A stretch of DNA of 63,789 bases, the filler included, from Lama guanicoe (taxonomy: Eukaryota), in the NCBI GenBank assembly GCA_013239625.1. It is 199 parts of 199 records of this genome, joined end to end, with 100 filler letters (N's around TTAATTAATTAA, not from the genome) between each part and the next. Parts side by side here need not be neighbours in the genome. Positions count along the whole stretch, not along the records: positions 38,199 to 38,419 come from PNXV01040806.1; positions 38,520 to 38,740 come from PNXV01040807.1; positions 38,841 to 39,061 come from PNXV01040808.1; positions 39,162 to 39,382 come from PNXV01040809.1; positions 39,483 to 39,703 come from PNXV01040810.1; positions 39,804 to 40,024 come from PNXV01040811.1; positions 40,125 to 40,345 come from PNXV01040812.1; positions 40,446 to 40,666 come from PNXV01040813.1; 191 more parts are not named here. One strand, written 5' to 3'. A program made the translations under genes and the position numbers. Of the stretch, positions 38,326 to 50,938 are shown one piece after another (position 1 is the first letter of the stretch; every line of letters starts with the position of its first letter). The notes below the pieces were generated by a model. That model ran no database searches. It had not been told where the DNA came from and saw only the letters and a list, made by a program, of their open reading frames with translations.

Positions 38326-41300
38326 GTGAGTTTGTTTCTTTCTTTGAATATCATGAAAAACAATTATGCCAGTGTGGTTATTATAAAGCTTTAATGCTCC
38401 TTTATTTGAAAAAAAAAAANNNNNNNNNNNNNNNNNNNNNNNNNNNNNNNNNNNNNNNNNNNNTTAATTAATTAANNNNNNNNNNNNNNNNNNNNNNNNN
38501 NNNNNNNNNNNNNNNNNNNTAGAGGGAATTAAGTGACCTATTTTTTGGTAGATATTTCTGGAAATAGTTTAATTTTAAAGTACAGCACAATACATGTATA
38601 AACAGAGTAAGAGGATTTGGGGTTAAATCCAGTGTTTAGGATGTTGACCAGCTCCAAGCAAACCTGTCTTTTTGTCTTTGTTCTGTTCACTATCCTCCCC
38701 TCAAAATCAAACACAGAACAGTTACATTTCCCTTAGAGTANNNNNNNNNNNNNNNNNNNNNNNNNNNNNNNNNNNNNNNNNNNNTTAATTAATTAANNNN
38801 NNNNNNNNNNNNNNNNNNNNNNNNNNNNNNNNNNNNNNNNGATTCCTGGGGTGGGGCTCACACCAGTAGGTCTGCCCCACCCTGACCTGTGCATTCACCT
38901 CCACAGGGACAGAGCAGAGCTGTGGCCCAAGATGAGAAAATCTGACCTGGAAACAGCCTGGGGAATGAGGCTCATGCTCTAAGCCCTGGTACTTCTGGAG
39001 GTCCAGGACAATTCTGGTGGGCCCCTGCTGTATGCTTGGTGCCCAGAACAGTGTCTGGAACNNNNNNNNNNNNNNNNNNNNNNNNNNNNNNNNNNNNNNN
39101 NNNNNTTAATTAATTAANNNNNNNNNNNNNNNNNNNNNNNNNNNNNNNNNNNNNNNNNNNNCCTCCAAGAGGTTTTTGGCTGTTGAAGACACTTTACACA
39201 CACATACACACATCACACACTAAAACAAAAAAATTTCACTGAGATGTGAGGTTATTTAAAGAACAGAAAATACAGACTGGAGAAAACAATCTAGAAAGAG
39301 ATGCTGTTATCTGAAATAACCATGAATTTGAGGCAAAAGCAAAGGCTTAAGTCGGCTTGGTTTTTATGAATCACTGTTTTCTNNNNNNNNNNNNNNNNNN
39401 NNNNNNNNNNNNNNNNNNNNNNNNNNTTAATTAATTAANNNNNNNNNNNNNNNNNNNNNNNNNNNNNNNNNNNNNNNNNNNNCCACAAATTCAAGTTTTT
39501 CTTTATGGAACTTTCTCAAATTATTATTATTTTATCTAAAGGTGACTGATTCTGCAAATGTGGAATCAGCAAATGAGGGCTGATTGTCACTTTAACACTC
39601 TTTGAATTTAAGCTTTTTATGTATCTTGAGGTAATTTTGCATGTGGTTTGAAGCAAGGGTCCAATTTCATTTCTCTTGGAAATGAAAAAAGTTTCACTGG
39701 ATANNNNNNNNNNNNNNNNNNNNNNNNNNNNNNNNNNNNNNNNNNNNTTAATTAATTAANNNNNNNNNNNNNNNNNNNNNNNNNNNNNNNNNNNNNNNNN
39801 NNNACAGAATGTTTTTTAAAATGCCTTGATGGTTATAAAATCATGCGAAGCGTGTCAAGCGTCTTGTTGGGAGTGGTCACGGGGGCGGCTGGTCACGCAT
39901 GAGCTTTGAGTGGCCTGGTAACTCCGCCCCGTCACACCGGACGAGGGAGGCTCCCTTGCCTGCCACCCGCCACCTCTGGGGCTCTCCCTCACGGGGGCAT
40001 TTGAGGAGGGCTCACTTCGGCTTCNNNNNNNNNNNNNNNNNNNNNNNNNNNNNNNNNNNNNNNNNNNNTTAATTAATTAANNNNNNNNNNNNNNNNNNNN
40101 NNNNNNNNNNNNNNNNNNNNNNNNTCACTCTAAGCTGTCTGTCCCCTAGGCTGTCACATCCAACTTCAACATACTTTTTACAAGTTGAAGGGATACATGT
40201 ACATCACCCCGCCTTAGAACAAACGGCACTTCAGCCTGACCCAGTTTAATGTCCATATGAAAATCAGTAAGCTTCCAAACTGAAGCGTGAGGAAAGATTT
40301 CCCGTCTCTCCTTCCAGTCTGTCTGCCATCTGCATCCCACATCCCNNNNNNNNNNNNNNNNNNNNNNNNNNNNNNNNNNNNNNNNNNNNTTAATTAATTA
40401 ANNNNNNNNNNNNNNNNNNNNNNNNNNNNNNNNNNNNNNNNNNNNTTTCTTACTGATATCCCTACTGATATAAAAATAATATTATCTTGTGTTTTGAAAA
40501 TTCAAATTAGAAACACTGAAAAGAGAGGATGTACCCACTTATATTTATTCTGCTTCATTTGTAAACTTGCAGATAATCAATTAAACGTGCAAAGTAGGGT
40601 CTAAATCTATATAACTTAATTAAGGAAAAATGTAGTTTAATGCTATGGAAAATTTAATAGCTATTGNNNNNNNNNNNNNNNNNNNNNNNNNNNNNNNNNN
40701 NNNNNNNNNNTTAATTAATTAANNNNNNNNNNNNNNNNNNNNNNNNNNNNNNNNNNNNNNNNNNNNGCGTCCTGGAAGCCAGCGCCCCCGGGGCAGACTG
40801 CGAGCTCCCTGGGCAAAGGGACAGGAGGGTGCAGACAGCTACTGGCCCTAAGGACCCCTATGAGCCTGGGTGCATTACAGCCCCTGTCATCCCGGGGGTA
40901 CTACAATATCTGTGACCCCCTAAGAGACAGAAACGAGATTCCCTGTGGGAGTAAGACTAACTCACACATCCAGGTGAGATGATAGGANNNNNNNNNNNNN
41001 NNNNNNNNNNNNNNNNNNNNNNNNNNNNNNNTTAATTAATTAANNNNNNNNNNNNNNNNNNNNNNNNNNNNNNNNNNNNNNNNNNNNCCCCGTCGCTTCC
41101 TTCTCCTTCCCTTCAACTTCACCCTTTCTTTCTCCTCCCTTCAACTCCACCTTTATGCTCCACCTCTGTCCTCTACAGACATTTAATCATCACCTCTATA
41201 GCATTTCATGTCAGTTGCATTTTTGTGTGTCTGTTCCCTGGACTAGACTGTGAGCAGCTTGGAGGCCAGTCTTTCCATGTCCTAGCCTTGTATCCTGTTT

Positions 41301-43655
41301 TACTCTGTNNNNNNNNNNNNNNNNNNNNNNNNNNNNNNNNNNNNNNNNNNNNTTAATTAATTAANNNNNNNNNNNNNNNNNNNNNNNNNNNNNNNNNNNN
41401 NNNNNNNNACTGGAGGCCACCTTGAAGCAGGCACACGGTGCCCACCAGGGACTCTCCCGTGGACACTTGCCCGTCTCCTCAAATTCTCCCTTTCTTAGGG
41501 TTACTTGCAGTGTGGTTCTGTTTATAATTGCACCACATACTGACGTGATTCTAAAGTCAGATCTACCCAGAAGGCCATCCTCCAAGAATCCTTGTGTCCA
41601 TCTGGCCCCCGCCTGCTGCCCACTCCCCTNNNNNNNNNNNNNNNNNNNNNNNNNNNNNNNNNNNNNNNNNNNNTTAATTAATTAANNNNNNNNNNNNNNN
41701 NNNNNNNNNNNNNNNNNNNNNNNNNNNNNGCTTTGCACTTTAAGGGAATACTGGTAGTTAGTACAAGTTCCTGAGAGTAGAATATTATAAACTGAATATC
41801 CCTCTCTTTATTAGAATAAGACCAATATTAAAACAAAATACAACCATATCATATTATATTTCATATTTTAAAGGACTCCATTAGGAAAAGAGTTTTGTAA
41901 AAAAATATATTTATTTTATTTTAGCATAAGGCATAACTGTTGGCACAACTNNNNNNNNNNNNNNNNNNNNNNNNNNNNNNNNNNNNNNNNNNNNTTAATT
42001 AATTAANNNNNNNNNNNNNNNNNNNNNNNNNNNNNNNNNNNNNNNNNNNNAGTATCACACAGATAGTTAGTAGGTAGTTATGATGACCACCTAGAGGTCA
42101 GAGGCAGGAGTGTCATCTGTCAGTCTACTCTGTGAAATGTAAAAAAATGTAAAAAAAGTAAATATTGTATTTATTTTTAAAAATAAGAAGCCCCAATTAT
42201 GAATTGATTCAAAAGAAAAAATTTTCTCATTACAGATTAGATCAGAGAAGTGGATAATGGAAATCACACTTNNNNNNNNNNNNNNNNNNNNNNNNNNNNN
42301 NNNNNNNNNNNNNNNTTAATTAATTAANNNNNNNNNNNNNNNNNNNNNNNNNNNNNNNNNNNNNNNNNNNNTCAAATGCATCACAAATAATCCCTAGCAT
42401 ACTTATGGTAATTTTCTTTTAACTATTTATAAAAATAAACTTATTTTAGTGTGTCTTCAAGACAAGAAAGTGTGAACAATTTTATCTAAAAGATACAGGT
42501 AACCAATGCTCTAAAGAACTCTGAACCTAGGAAATTCACAAACCAAGACCTAAACACTCCTTTAAAAGCAGCTCTCATACTATCCTCTATCANNNNNNNN
42601 NNNNNNNNNNNNNNNNNNNNNNNNNNNNNNNNNNNNTTAATTAATTAANNNNNNNNNNNNNNNNNNNNNNNNNNNNNNNNNNNNNNNNNNNNCAGAATGA
42701 CAGATTTGGGTTATGCTTAGGAGATTTCAAAGGAACTGGTTATCACTCCATAGTTTACAAGGCCCCACCGGACTGAATCCTTCAGGGTGAGACCCTGGCC
42801 TTCATGGTCTAAACGACCCAGCCTGTTTGCAAAGTGCCCTGTGTATACTGGCTACTCAGTAAACACTCTGCTGATTTTTCCTGCCAAATTGATCCCAATT
42901 TTAAAGAATTAAANNNNNNNNNNNNNNNNNNNNNNNNNNNNNNNNNNNNNNNNNNNNTTAATTAATTAANNNNNNNNNNNNNNNNNNNNNNNNNNNNNNN
43001 NNNNNNNNNNNNNAGGGGCTTATTTCCTCCAAATGATACTGCAACACACAGACCCCCCCCCCCCCCCCAGTGTGTCTCTGGCTTCCATCACCTACCCGTG
43101 TAACCCCTCACACTGTTTTGCATTCATCCTTTACTTTCATACTCATCCAGCAACTTACATGGAGACTATTAATAATGCCTTTTTGAAATAGTAACAATGG
43201 TCCTTCTTTTACAACCGAGACACTGTAAACATCANNNNNNNNNNNNNNNNNNNNNNNNNNNNNNNNNNNNNNNNNNNNTTAATTAATTAANNNNNNNNNN
43301 NNNNNNNNNNNNNNNNNNNNNNNNNNNNNNNNNNGTATTATGGCATCTGTTTCCCAAACATTTTCTGCTCCAGCCTTTAACTGCCAGGGGGCATAGATGT
43401 TTCCAGCATCCAGAGAAAGCCTCTTCTCTCCTGACCATCCTTGGTGTCCGTGAGATACAAAGTGTCCCCCACACACCACTGTTGTTTATTTAGCCTGATG
43501 AGCACATTCAGAGGTAAATTTTTGTAGTTACTTTTGACTTCTAGATTTCCACACANNNNNNNNNNNNNNNNNNNNNNNNNNNNNNNNNNNNNNNNNNNNT
43601 TAATTAATTAANNNNNNNNNNNNNNNNNNNNNNNNNNNNNNNNNNNNNNNNNNNN

Positions 43656-43876
43656 TGGAGTATTACTCAGCCATAAAAAAGAATGAAATCTTGCCACTTG
43701 TAACAAGATGGATGGACCTAGAGGGTATTATGTTAAGTGAAATAAATCAGACAGAGAAAGACCAATACTGTATGATTTCACTTAATGTGGAATCTAAAAA
43801 AATCCAAAGCAAATGAACAAACAAAAAAACCCAGCCTTATAGATACAAATTAAAAACAGGTGGTTGCCAGAGGGGA
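43656..43876 (+). mobile_element. L1 3' UTR fragment
   Basis: tactcagccataaaaaagaatgaaatcttgcca...gatggacctagagggtattatg.taagtgaaataa.tcagacagagaaagac. Confidence 0.92.
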
Positions 43877-44939
43877 NNNNNNNNNNNNNNNNNNNNNNNN
43901 NNNNNNNNNNNNNNNNNNNNTTAATTAATTAANNNNNNNNNNNNNNNNNNNNNNNNNNNNNNNNNNNNNNNNNNNNTGTCTCCAGCTCAACTGATTCAAA
44001 GAAAAAATTAGTATTTATAGCCCTTTCCAAACTAGTTCTCCTCAGCTTTCCCTACGGAGGATACAACCCCATTTAGCCAAGCACCCAGGCCACAAAAATG
44101 GGATGCATCCTGGCTCCTCTCACTCTCACTCACTCAGCTCCTGCCCCTTGTGGTCTGTAATCATGTCCGGCTGCTTCTCCTGTCCGTGTGGGTCAAANNN
44201 NNNNNNNNNNNNNNNNNNNNNNNNNNNNNNNNNNNNNNNNNTTAATTAATTAANNNNNNNNNNNNNNNNNNNNNNNNNNNNNNNNNNNNNNNNNNNNTAG
44301 CAGTAGTAAGTTAAAAGGCAAGAGGCATTAAATAAATTTGAAATATTAAGAAATGTATAAAAATATTAATTGCTAATAGAGTTTAGTTGATGAAGCGTGT
44401 TGTAATTTCTATGATGTTGGTATAAAATTGTAAAAAGATGAATACTGAGAAAGTTAATAGAGGAGAAAAATAATCAAAATAACTTAAAGAAGTAAAAATA
44501 ATATAGTACACATAGAGCNNNNNNNNNNNNNNNNNNNNNNNNNNNNNNNNNNNNNNNNNNNNTTAATTAATTAANNNNNNNNNNNNNNNNNNNNNNNNNN
44601 NNNNNNNNNNNNNNNNNNTATTTGTTGTTAGAACTTACAGTCAGTCTTATTATAATTGCCTGTGGTAGGAACAGGATCATTATTTATTTATTAAAAAAAA
44701 TCCACTACGTGCTATTTGCTCCATTCTTGATGCGGCAGGGCTGAGATTAGTTAAGTTGGGCCATTTAGGATTCTTAGCTAGGTTTTCTGGACATTAATTT
44801 CAGCCTCTTTATCTTTTCTACAATCTCTTCTTTTGTGTCNNNNNNNNNNNNNNNNNNNNNNNNNNNNNNNNNNNNNNNNNNNNTTAATTAATTAANNNNN
44901 NNNNNNNNNNNNNNNNNNNNNNNNNNNNNNNNNNNNNNN

Positions 44940-45160
44940 TGGGTGCAGTGTGCACACAGCAGCTGGTGGGTGGCCAGCATCTCCTGGTTTAGTCTCAGAG
45001 CTTGGCTGTGGGACCTCTGTCCGTGGCCTAGTTTGGGCTTCCTCACAGCATGGCAGCTTCAGGCCAGTCAGACTGCTTCCTGGGGGCTCAGGGCTCCCCC
45101 ATGAGGGTTCCGGAGAAACCAGCAGAAGCTGCGTTGCCTTTCTGACCCAGCCTTGGAGGC
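44940..45160 (-). mobile_element. MLT1 MaLR LTR fragment
   Basis: tgggcttcctcacagcatggcagct...cagactgctt...ggctcagggctcc...gccttt.ctgacccagccttggag. Confidence 0.8.
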
Positions 45161-47507
45161 NNNNNNNNNNNNNNNNNNNNNNNNNNNNNNNNNNNNNNNN
45201 NNNNTTAATTAATTAANNNNNNNNNNNNNNNNNNNNNNNNNNNNNNNNNNNNNNNNNNNNACTGGAGCCAAGAGCTTAGCTCACTGTCAGGATGGCTCCA
45301 GCTGAACTCTAACCCCAGGCCAGCAGGGCACACTCATCTTTCTAGGAGGATGGAAGGAGTGGGTGAAAGTCTGAAGAAGAGGTCTGTTTTTTCCCCAGTG
45401 ATAGGATCTTCATACTGAACCCCAAAACAGGAGTCATGAGAGTGTTTAATGAGCATTTCCCCACAGCCCGGAGAAGACTCANNNNNNNNNNNNNNNNNNN
45501 NNNNNNNNNNNNNNNNNNNNNNNNNTTAATTAATTAANNNNNNNNNNNNNNNNNNNNNNNNNNNNNNNNNNNNNNNNNNNNTTTATTTCTTTAGATACTA
45601 TTTCATTTAAACAATCTGTATTGAGTACCTACTCAATGAAAGATACTGTTAGGTTGTGATGGGGAGAAGGGGACCATTTAAGGTGTCCTTGACAGTGACA
45701 AGGTTTACACTGCAAGAAGAGAAGGGGAAAAAATATGGCCCTGAGACAAAATTATGTGAAGTCAAAGTCTTATAAGATATACAGACCATGAAGGATAAGA
45801 ATNNNNNNNNNNNNNNNNNNNNNNNNNNNNNNNNNNNNNNNNNNNNTTAATTAATTAANNNNNNNNNNNNNNNNNNNNNNNNNNNNNNNNNNNNNNNNNN
45901 NNCCGTAACCACGTTTTGCGTTCCTCTATCTTTCTGTAAATGCCAGTTGGAACAGATCTTAACGACAGCTTAATCCTGCATTTTATAAGTCAACTGGCAT
46001 TTATCTGAGTTCTAAAGCTCTCAAAGTCATACAGAAGTGGACCCGGAAATTCCTACTCCCACTGCCACACCCCAGCACAGAGCGCGATGGCGTAGACTGC
46101 AAGAGGGAAATCATTCCGGACTTNNNNNNNNNNNNNNNNNNNNNNNNNNNNNNNNNNNNNNNNNNNNTTAATTAATTAANNNNNNNNNNNNNNNNNNNNN
46201 NNNNNNNNNNNNNNNNNNNNNNNTTGGAAGCTACCAAATTGATTTTAGATATCTAAAATTTGTAATGGACTATAGAATCAGTCCTACTAGGAAGTCACAT
46301 GACTCAGATCACACAGAATCCTAAGTTTAAATGGCTGCTTTGCACGGTGACGTAGGTGTGATGCCGGCCACGTAGACAAAGTGCACTTGATTTCCTAGGT
46401 CTCAGCTCCTTGAAAAGGAAGATGAGGTATTGGGGGGATGATCCNNNNNNNNNNNNNNNNNNNNNNNNNNNNNNNNNNNNNNNNNNNNTTAATTAATTAA
46501 NNNNNNNNNNNNNNNNNNNNNNNNNNNNNNNNNNNNNNNNNNNNTACATTTCTTGCCTTTTTTTCTTTAACTTGTCTCTAAAAGTTTAAATCTAACAGCT
46601 TAATTCTTTTAAGAAAAGGAAAACATTTTTGTTATATATTCCCTGCCTCGTGGCACTCTGTACTCTTTGGATCTAGTTTGTACCTAGCCTTATCCTATTT
46701 TTATATGGAAAAAATAAGTCACTCAAGGCTATCCTTTCTTATATAAATTTATGATGTTTATCCAANNNNNNNNNNNNNNNNNNNNNNNNNNNNNNNNNNN
46801 NNNNNNNNNTTAATTAATTAANNNNNNNNNNNNNNNNNNNNNNNNNNNNNNNNNNNNNNNNNNNNTCAGTAAAATAAATTTATTTTAACTGATTTGACCA
46901 AAATAATCAGGGGTCAAGAATCCTAAGAATTTTACCCATCTTTGTCAACAGCTTGCTTAATTAAATTGTAGGCATCCTCTGTGTGTTAGTCCTCTGTTTC
47001 TCTCTGTTGGAAGTAGGATGATATTGGTTGCAGCTGTAAGATGACTCACGCTAAGGGAATGGAGTGACTACAGACCCATGGTGGCANNNNNNNNNNNNNN
47101 NNNNNNNNNNNNNNNNNNNNNNNNNNNNNNTTAATTAATTAANNNNNNNNNNNNNNNNNNNNNNNNNNNNNNNNNNNNNNNNNNNNTTCCACTTAAGGAG
47201 AAAAGTATTCATTTCAATGTGACTGTTAAAAAAATATGTAAACAGTAATTTTCAGAGAAACCATGAAAAACTATTTATACAAAGACATACTAAAAAACAC
47301 ACTTAGTCAATGAAGTTGAATAATAAAAGTATTCAGATAACTCAAATGAAGGCAGGACTTGGGGAAACAAAGGAAAAACAGAGGAAAAACACATAATAGA
47401 ATGGTAGNNNNNNNNNNNNNNNNNNNNNNNNNNNNNNNNNNNNNNNNNNNNTTAATTAATTAANNNNNNNNNNNNNNNNNNNNNNNNNNNNNNNNNNNNN
47501 NNNNNNN

Positions 47508-47728
47508 TGAAATACACTAGGGCAATCCTGAAAACAATTAATAATTAGCCTCCTACAACAAATTCCACAGAAATTCAAAATATCATGGGAATACTATAAA
47601 GAATTACATGGAAACAAATTGGACAACCTAGAAGTAATGGACAATTTTCTGGAAATATGTAGTCCACCAAGACTGAATCACAGACCAGTCACTAGAAATG
47701 AAACAGAATTAGCAATAAAGCAAAAACA
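47508..47728 (+). mobile_element. L1 ORF2 fragment (after the endonuclease domain)
   Basis: cacagaaattcaaaa...aacaaattggacaacctagaag.aatggacaattttctggaaa resembles 'TEIQ...NKLDNLEEMDKFLE'. Confidence 0.9.
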
Positions 47729-48822
47729 NNNNNNNNNNNNNNNNNNNNNNNNNNNNNNNNNNNNNNNNNNNNTTAATTAATTAANNNNNNNNNNNNNNNN
47801 NNNNNNNNNNNNNNNNNNNNNNNNNNNNTGGAACAGCATAAAAGCTTTAGAAGCAGATCTATGTGAGCATGAAAATTCAATAAAAAATGAACTTATTATA
47901 AATTAACAGGAAAATGATAGGTTCTTTAGTAGATAATAATGGGATATTGACTAATTATAGGAAAATAATATGAAACAGGATCTCATACGCAAACGTGGAC
48001 TATAACAACATGAATTGTATGTGAAAAGTAAAATTAAAAAGGTTAATAGNNNNNNNNNNNNNNNNNNNNNNNNNNNNNNNNNNNNNNNNNNNNTTAATTA
48101 ATTAANNNNNNNNNNNNNNNNNNNNNNNNNNNNNNNNNNNNNNNNNNNNAGGTTTTTATTAGACAGAGTGGATTCATGGAGGGCAAAAGAACAAGTAGGA
48201 GGCAGCATTGAGATTACCAGGAGCACTGTGTAGCCACTCTTCCTTCATTAGAAACATTATAATAAACACGATATAAGACATGAGGTTTTCCACAGTCCTT
48301 GTTTAGGACTGGTACCCTTAAGTGTGAAGTTTTCTCTTCAAATGTCACTTGAGCACATGCAGAGCATCTTNNNNNNNNNNNNNNNNNNNNNNNNNNNNNN
48401 NNNNNNNNNNNNNNTTAATTAATTAANNNNNNNNNNNNNNNNNNNNNNNNNNNNNNNNNNNNNNNNNNNNGCATGAAGGAACGTCTACCTGATTGGTACT
48501 GATGGAGGAAAACTGACTGTTTGAATATAGGACAAATTAGTATCAATAATTTTCCTACCGCAAGGCTTCCCAACACTAAAGTCACCATTGTTGCCCATCA
48601 ACAGCACAAGGCTCTGCGGCCGTTTGAGATATGTTTACTGGCCTCTGGGAACCATTAACGTGGAAACCCCAGGTGAGAAAGTTAGTCCCCTNNNNNNNNN
48701 NNNNNNNNNNNNNNNNNNNNNNNNNNNNNNNNNNNTTAATTAATTAANNNNNNNNNNNNNNNNNNNNNNNNNNNNNNNNNNNNNNNNNNNNAAGTGGGGA
48801 GAGGAAGGAAAAGGTAGCCAGA

Positions 48823-48963
48823 AAATAATAATAACAATAACAATAATAATAATAATAATAACAACAATAATAATAATATTTGTGTGTATTGGTATGTATG
48901 TCTATATATTGCCAATTGGGTGTATATGTGTGTGTATATAATAATAATAATAATAATTATTAT
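48823..48963. repeat. (AAT/AAC)n microsatellites
   Basis: Directly visible. Confidence 0.9.
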
Positions 48964-49112
48964 AGGGGGAGCTTTTTAAGAAATACTGATTCCTGGGCTC
49001 TACTTTAGACGANNNNNNNNNNNNNNNNNNNNNNNNNNNNNNNNNNNNNNNNNNNNTTAATTAATTAANNNNNNNNNNNNNNNNNNNNNNNNNNNNNNNN
49101 NNNNNNNNNNNN

Positions 49113-49158
49113 CAGACTTTTAATCTGAGGGTCCAGGGTTCAAGTCCCTGTTCGGGCG
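49113..49158 (+). tRNA. TRK-TTT: tRNA-Lys(TTT), 3' 46 nt (anticodon arm to discriminator); 5' part cut by the contig start
   Basis: CAGACTTTTAATCTGAGGGTCCAGGGTTCAAGTCCCTGTTCGGGCG matches the mammalian tRNA-Lys3 3' part; box B GGTTCAAGTCC; no encoded CCA. Confidence 0.95.
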
Positions 49159-49172
49159 CTCTGTTTCAGTGC

Positions 49173-49178
49173 TTTTTT
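49173..49178 (+). terminator. Pol III terminator (T6) of the tRNA-Lys gene
   Basis: TTTTTT 14 nt after the tRNA 3' end. Confidence 0.8.
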
Positions 49179-50075
49179 GTTTTCTTTCTGAATGATTAGG
49201 AATCGGAAGGAAAAAAAAAACTGCTTCTCGCTGGGAAATCACTGTGCAAAACCTCCACACTTGCCAAAAGTTGAGTGATTTTGAGTAGCCATTTTTTTCC
49301 TCCCCTGAGAATGTTTATCTAGCATATTTTGAANNNNNNNNNNNNNNNNNNNNNNNNNNNNNNNNNNNNNNNNNNNNTTAATTAATTAANNNNNNNNNNN
49401 NNNNNNNNNNNNNNNNNNNNNNNNNNNNNNNNNCCATCCCGCCAGAACATCAGACAACTTAGCAGAGGAAGAAGCTCCCTGCACTGCAGTGTAGGATACT
49501 GGTCAAATGTCAGAAATTGGGACTATCTGTAAGGATTAACTGATGACACTGAGGATAAATTATCTCACTCTTTCAAAGCATGACACACACACTTAAAATT
49601 ATAAGCAAACCTCTAATCCAATTGTCAGACTAATGCCAACAATTAAGAATAATANNNNNNNNNNNNNNNNNNNNNNNNNNNNNNNNNNNNNNNNNNNNTT
49701 AATTAATTAANNNNNNNNNNNNNNNNNNNNNNNNNNNNNNNNNNNNNNNNNNNNTGTTATTAAAACCAAAAAATCAAATTAAATTAAAATTTGTAACTGA
49801 AAAATAACTTAAAATGAGAAGTGTGCCCATGCTTGCCTGCCTGAAATGGTGGTTTTCATTTTATTTAAATGAGACTCAGAGAAGTCCTTTAACCGGAAAT
49901 GTTGTCATTTAATTCATGGACCCCACTGAAGAATGAAGGGTTTAAAATATATGACTAAAGAAATGATTTCGTTAANNNNNNNNNNNNNNNNNNNNNNNNN
50001 NNNNNNNNNNNNNNNNNNNTTAATTAATTAANNNNNNNNNNNNNNNNNNNNNNNNNNNNNNNNNNNNNNNNNNNN

Positions 50076-50250
50076 CAGCCCCGGCTGGGTCTTCCTGGGC
50101 AAGTCACCAATTATCTACGCTTCCGCGTCCTCATCTGTAAATGAGGATAATAATAAACGCTGCCTTCTATGGCTGTTGTGAAGATTGAATGAGTCCAAAC
50201 GCACAAAGCATTTAGGAGGCTGCCTGGCACACAGTAGGGTCTGTGTATGT
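50076..50250 (+). mobile_element. MIR SINE fragment
   Basis: ctgggcaagtcac...cctcatctgtaaatgaggataataata...gttgtgaagattgaatgag...tgcctggcacacagtag. Confidence 0.88.
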
Positions 50251-50717
50251 GTTTCCGATCTTATGCCCTTTCCCTCGCTCCCATCCTGAACTCCTTNNNN
50301 NNNNNNNNNNNNNNNNNNNNNNNNNNNNNNNNNNNNNNNNTTAATTAATTAANNNNNNNNNNNNNNNNNNNNNNNNNNNNNNNNNNNNNNNNNNNNACAG
50401 TAATCTGGTGTTCCAACTGCATTTTTTGTTTTTAGAAAATCTTAAGGATAGGTTATTTGATTGCCCTAGGTTTGGCTCTGCCTGCTCATCTGGTATTAAG
50501 CACATCGGGTATTTAGTAACAATCCAAGTAGCAAGAGTCTTTTTGGAACTTGAGCGTAAGCTCATCCGATGTTGCCATGCAGTTTGGAAACTCGTCAGAG
50601 AGGCCAGCCAAACTTGTNNNNNNNNNNNNNNNNNNNNNNNNNNNNNNNNNNNNNNNNNNNNTTAATTAATTAANNNNNNNNNNNNNNNNNNNNNNNNNNN
50701 NNNNNNNNNNNNNNNNN

Positions 50718-50938
50718 AAATAGACTCACAGATATAGAAAACCAACTATGGTTACCAAAAGGGAAAATTGGGTTGATAAATTAAGAATTTGTGATTAATA
50801 GATGCACACCACTATGTATAAAATGGAGAAACCATAAGGACCTACTGTATAACAGAGGGAACTATATTCAATATCTTGTAACAACTTACTACAGAAAAGA
50901 GTCTGAAAAAGAATATATGTAACATATAACTGAATCAC
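50718..50938 (+). mobile_element. Cetartiodactyl-type L1 3' UTR
   Basis: agactcacagatatagaaaac..actatggttacc...aaggacctactgtata...gggaactatattcaatatcttgta. Confidence 0.9.

Noticed and set aside
38326..38394. C-terminal extension [22 protein letters not shown] of the PCDHGA ORF
   Set aside because: This is read-through past the canonical GTGAGT donor into the intron; there is no evidence here that it is used.
40146..40340. Self-contained 64-aa minus-strand ORF
   Set aside because: No recognisable domain, splice context or codon signal.
28569..49158. RT fragment plus tRNA-Lys plus LTRs read as one retroelement or retron-like system
   Set aside because: The pieces lie on separate contigs joined only by size sorting, so there is no physical linkage.
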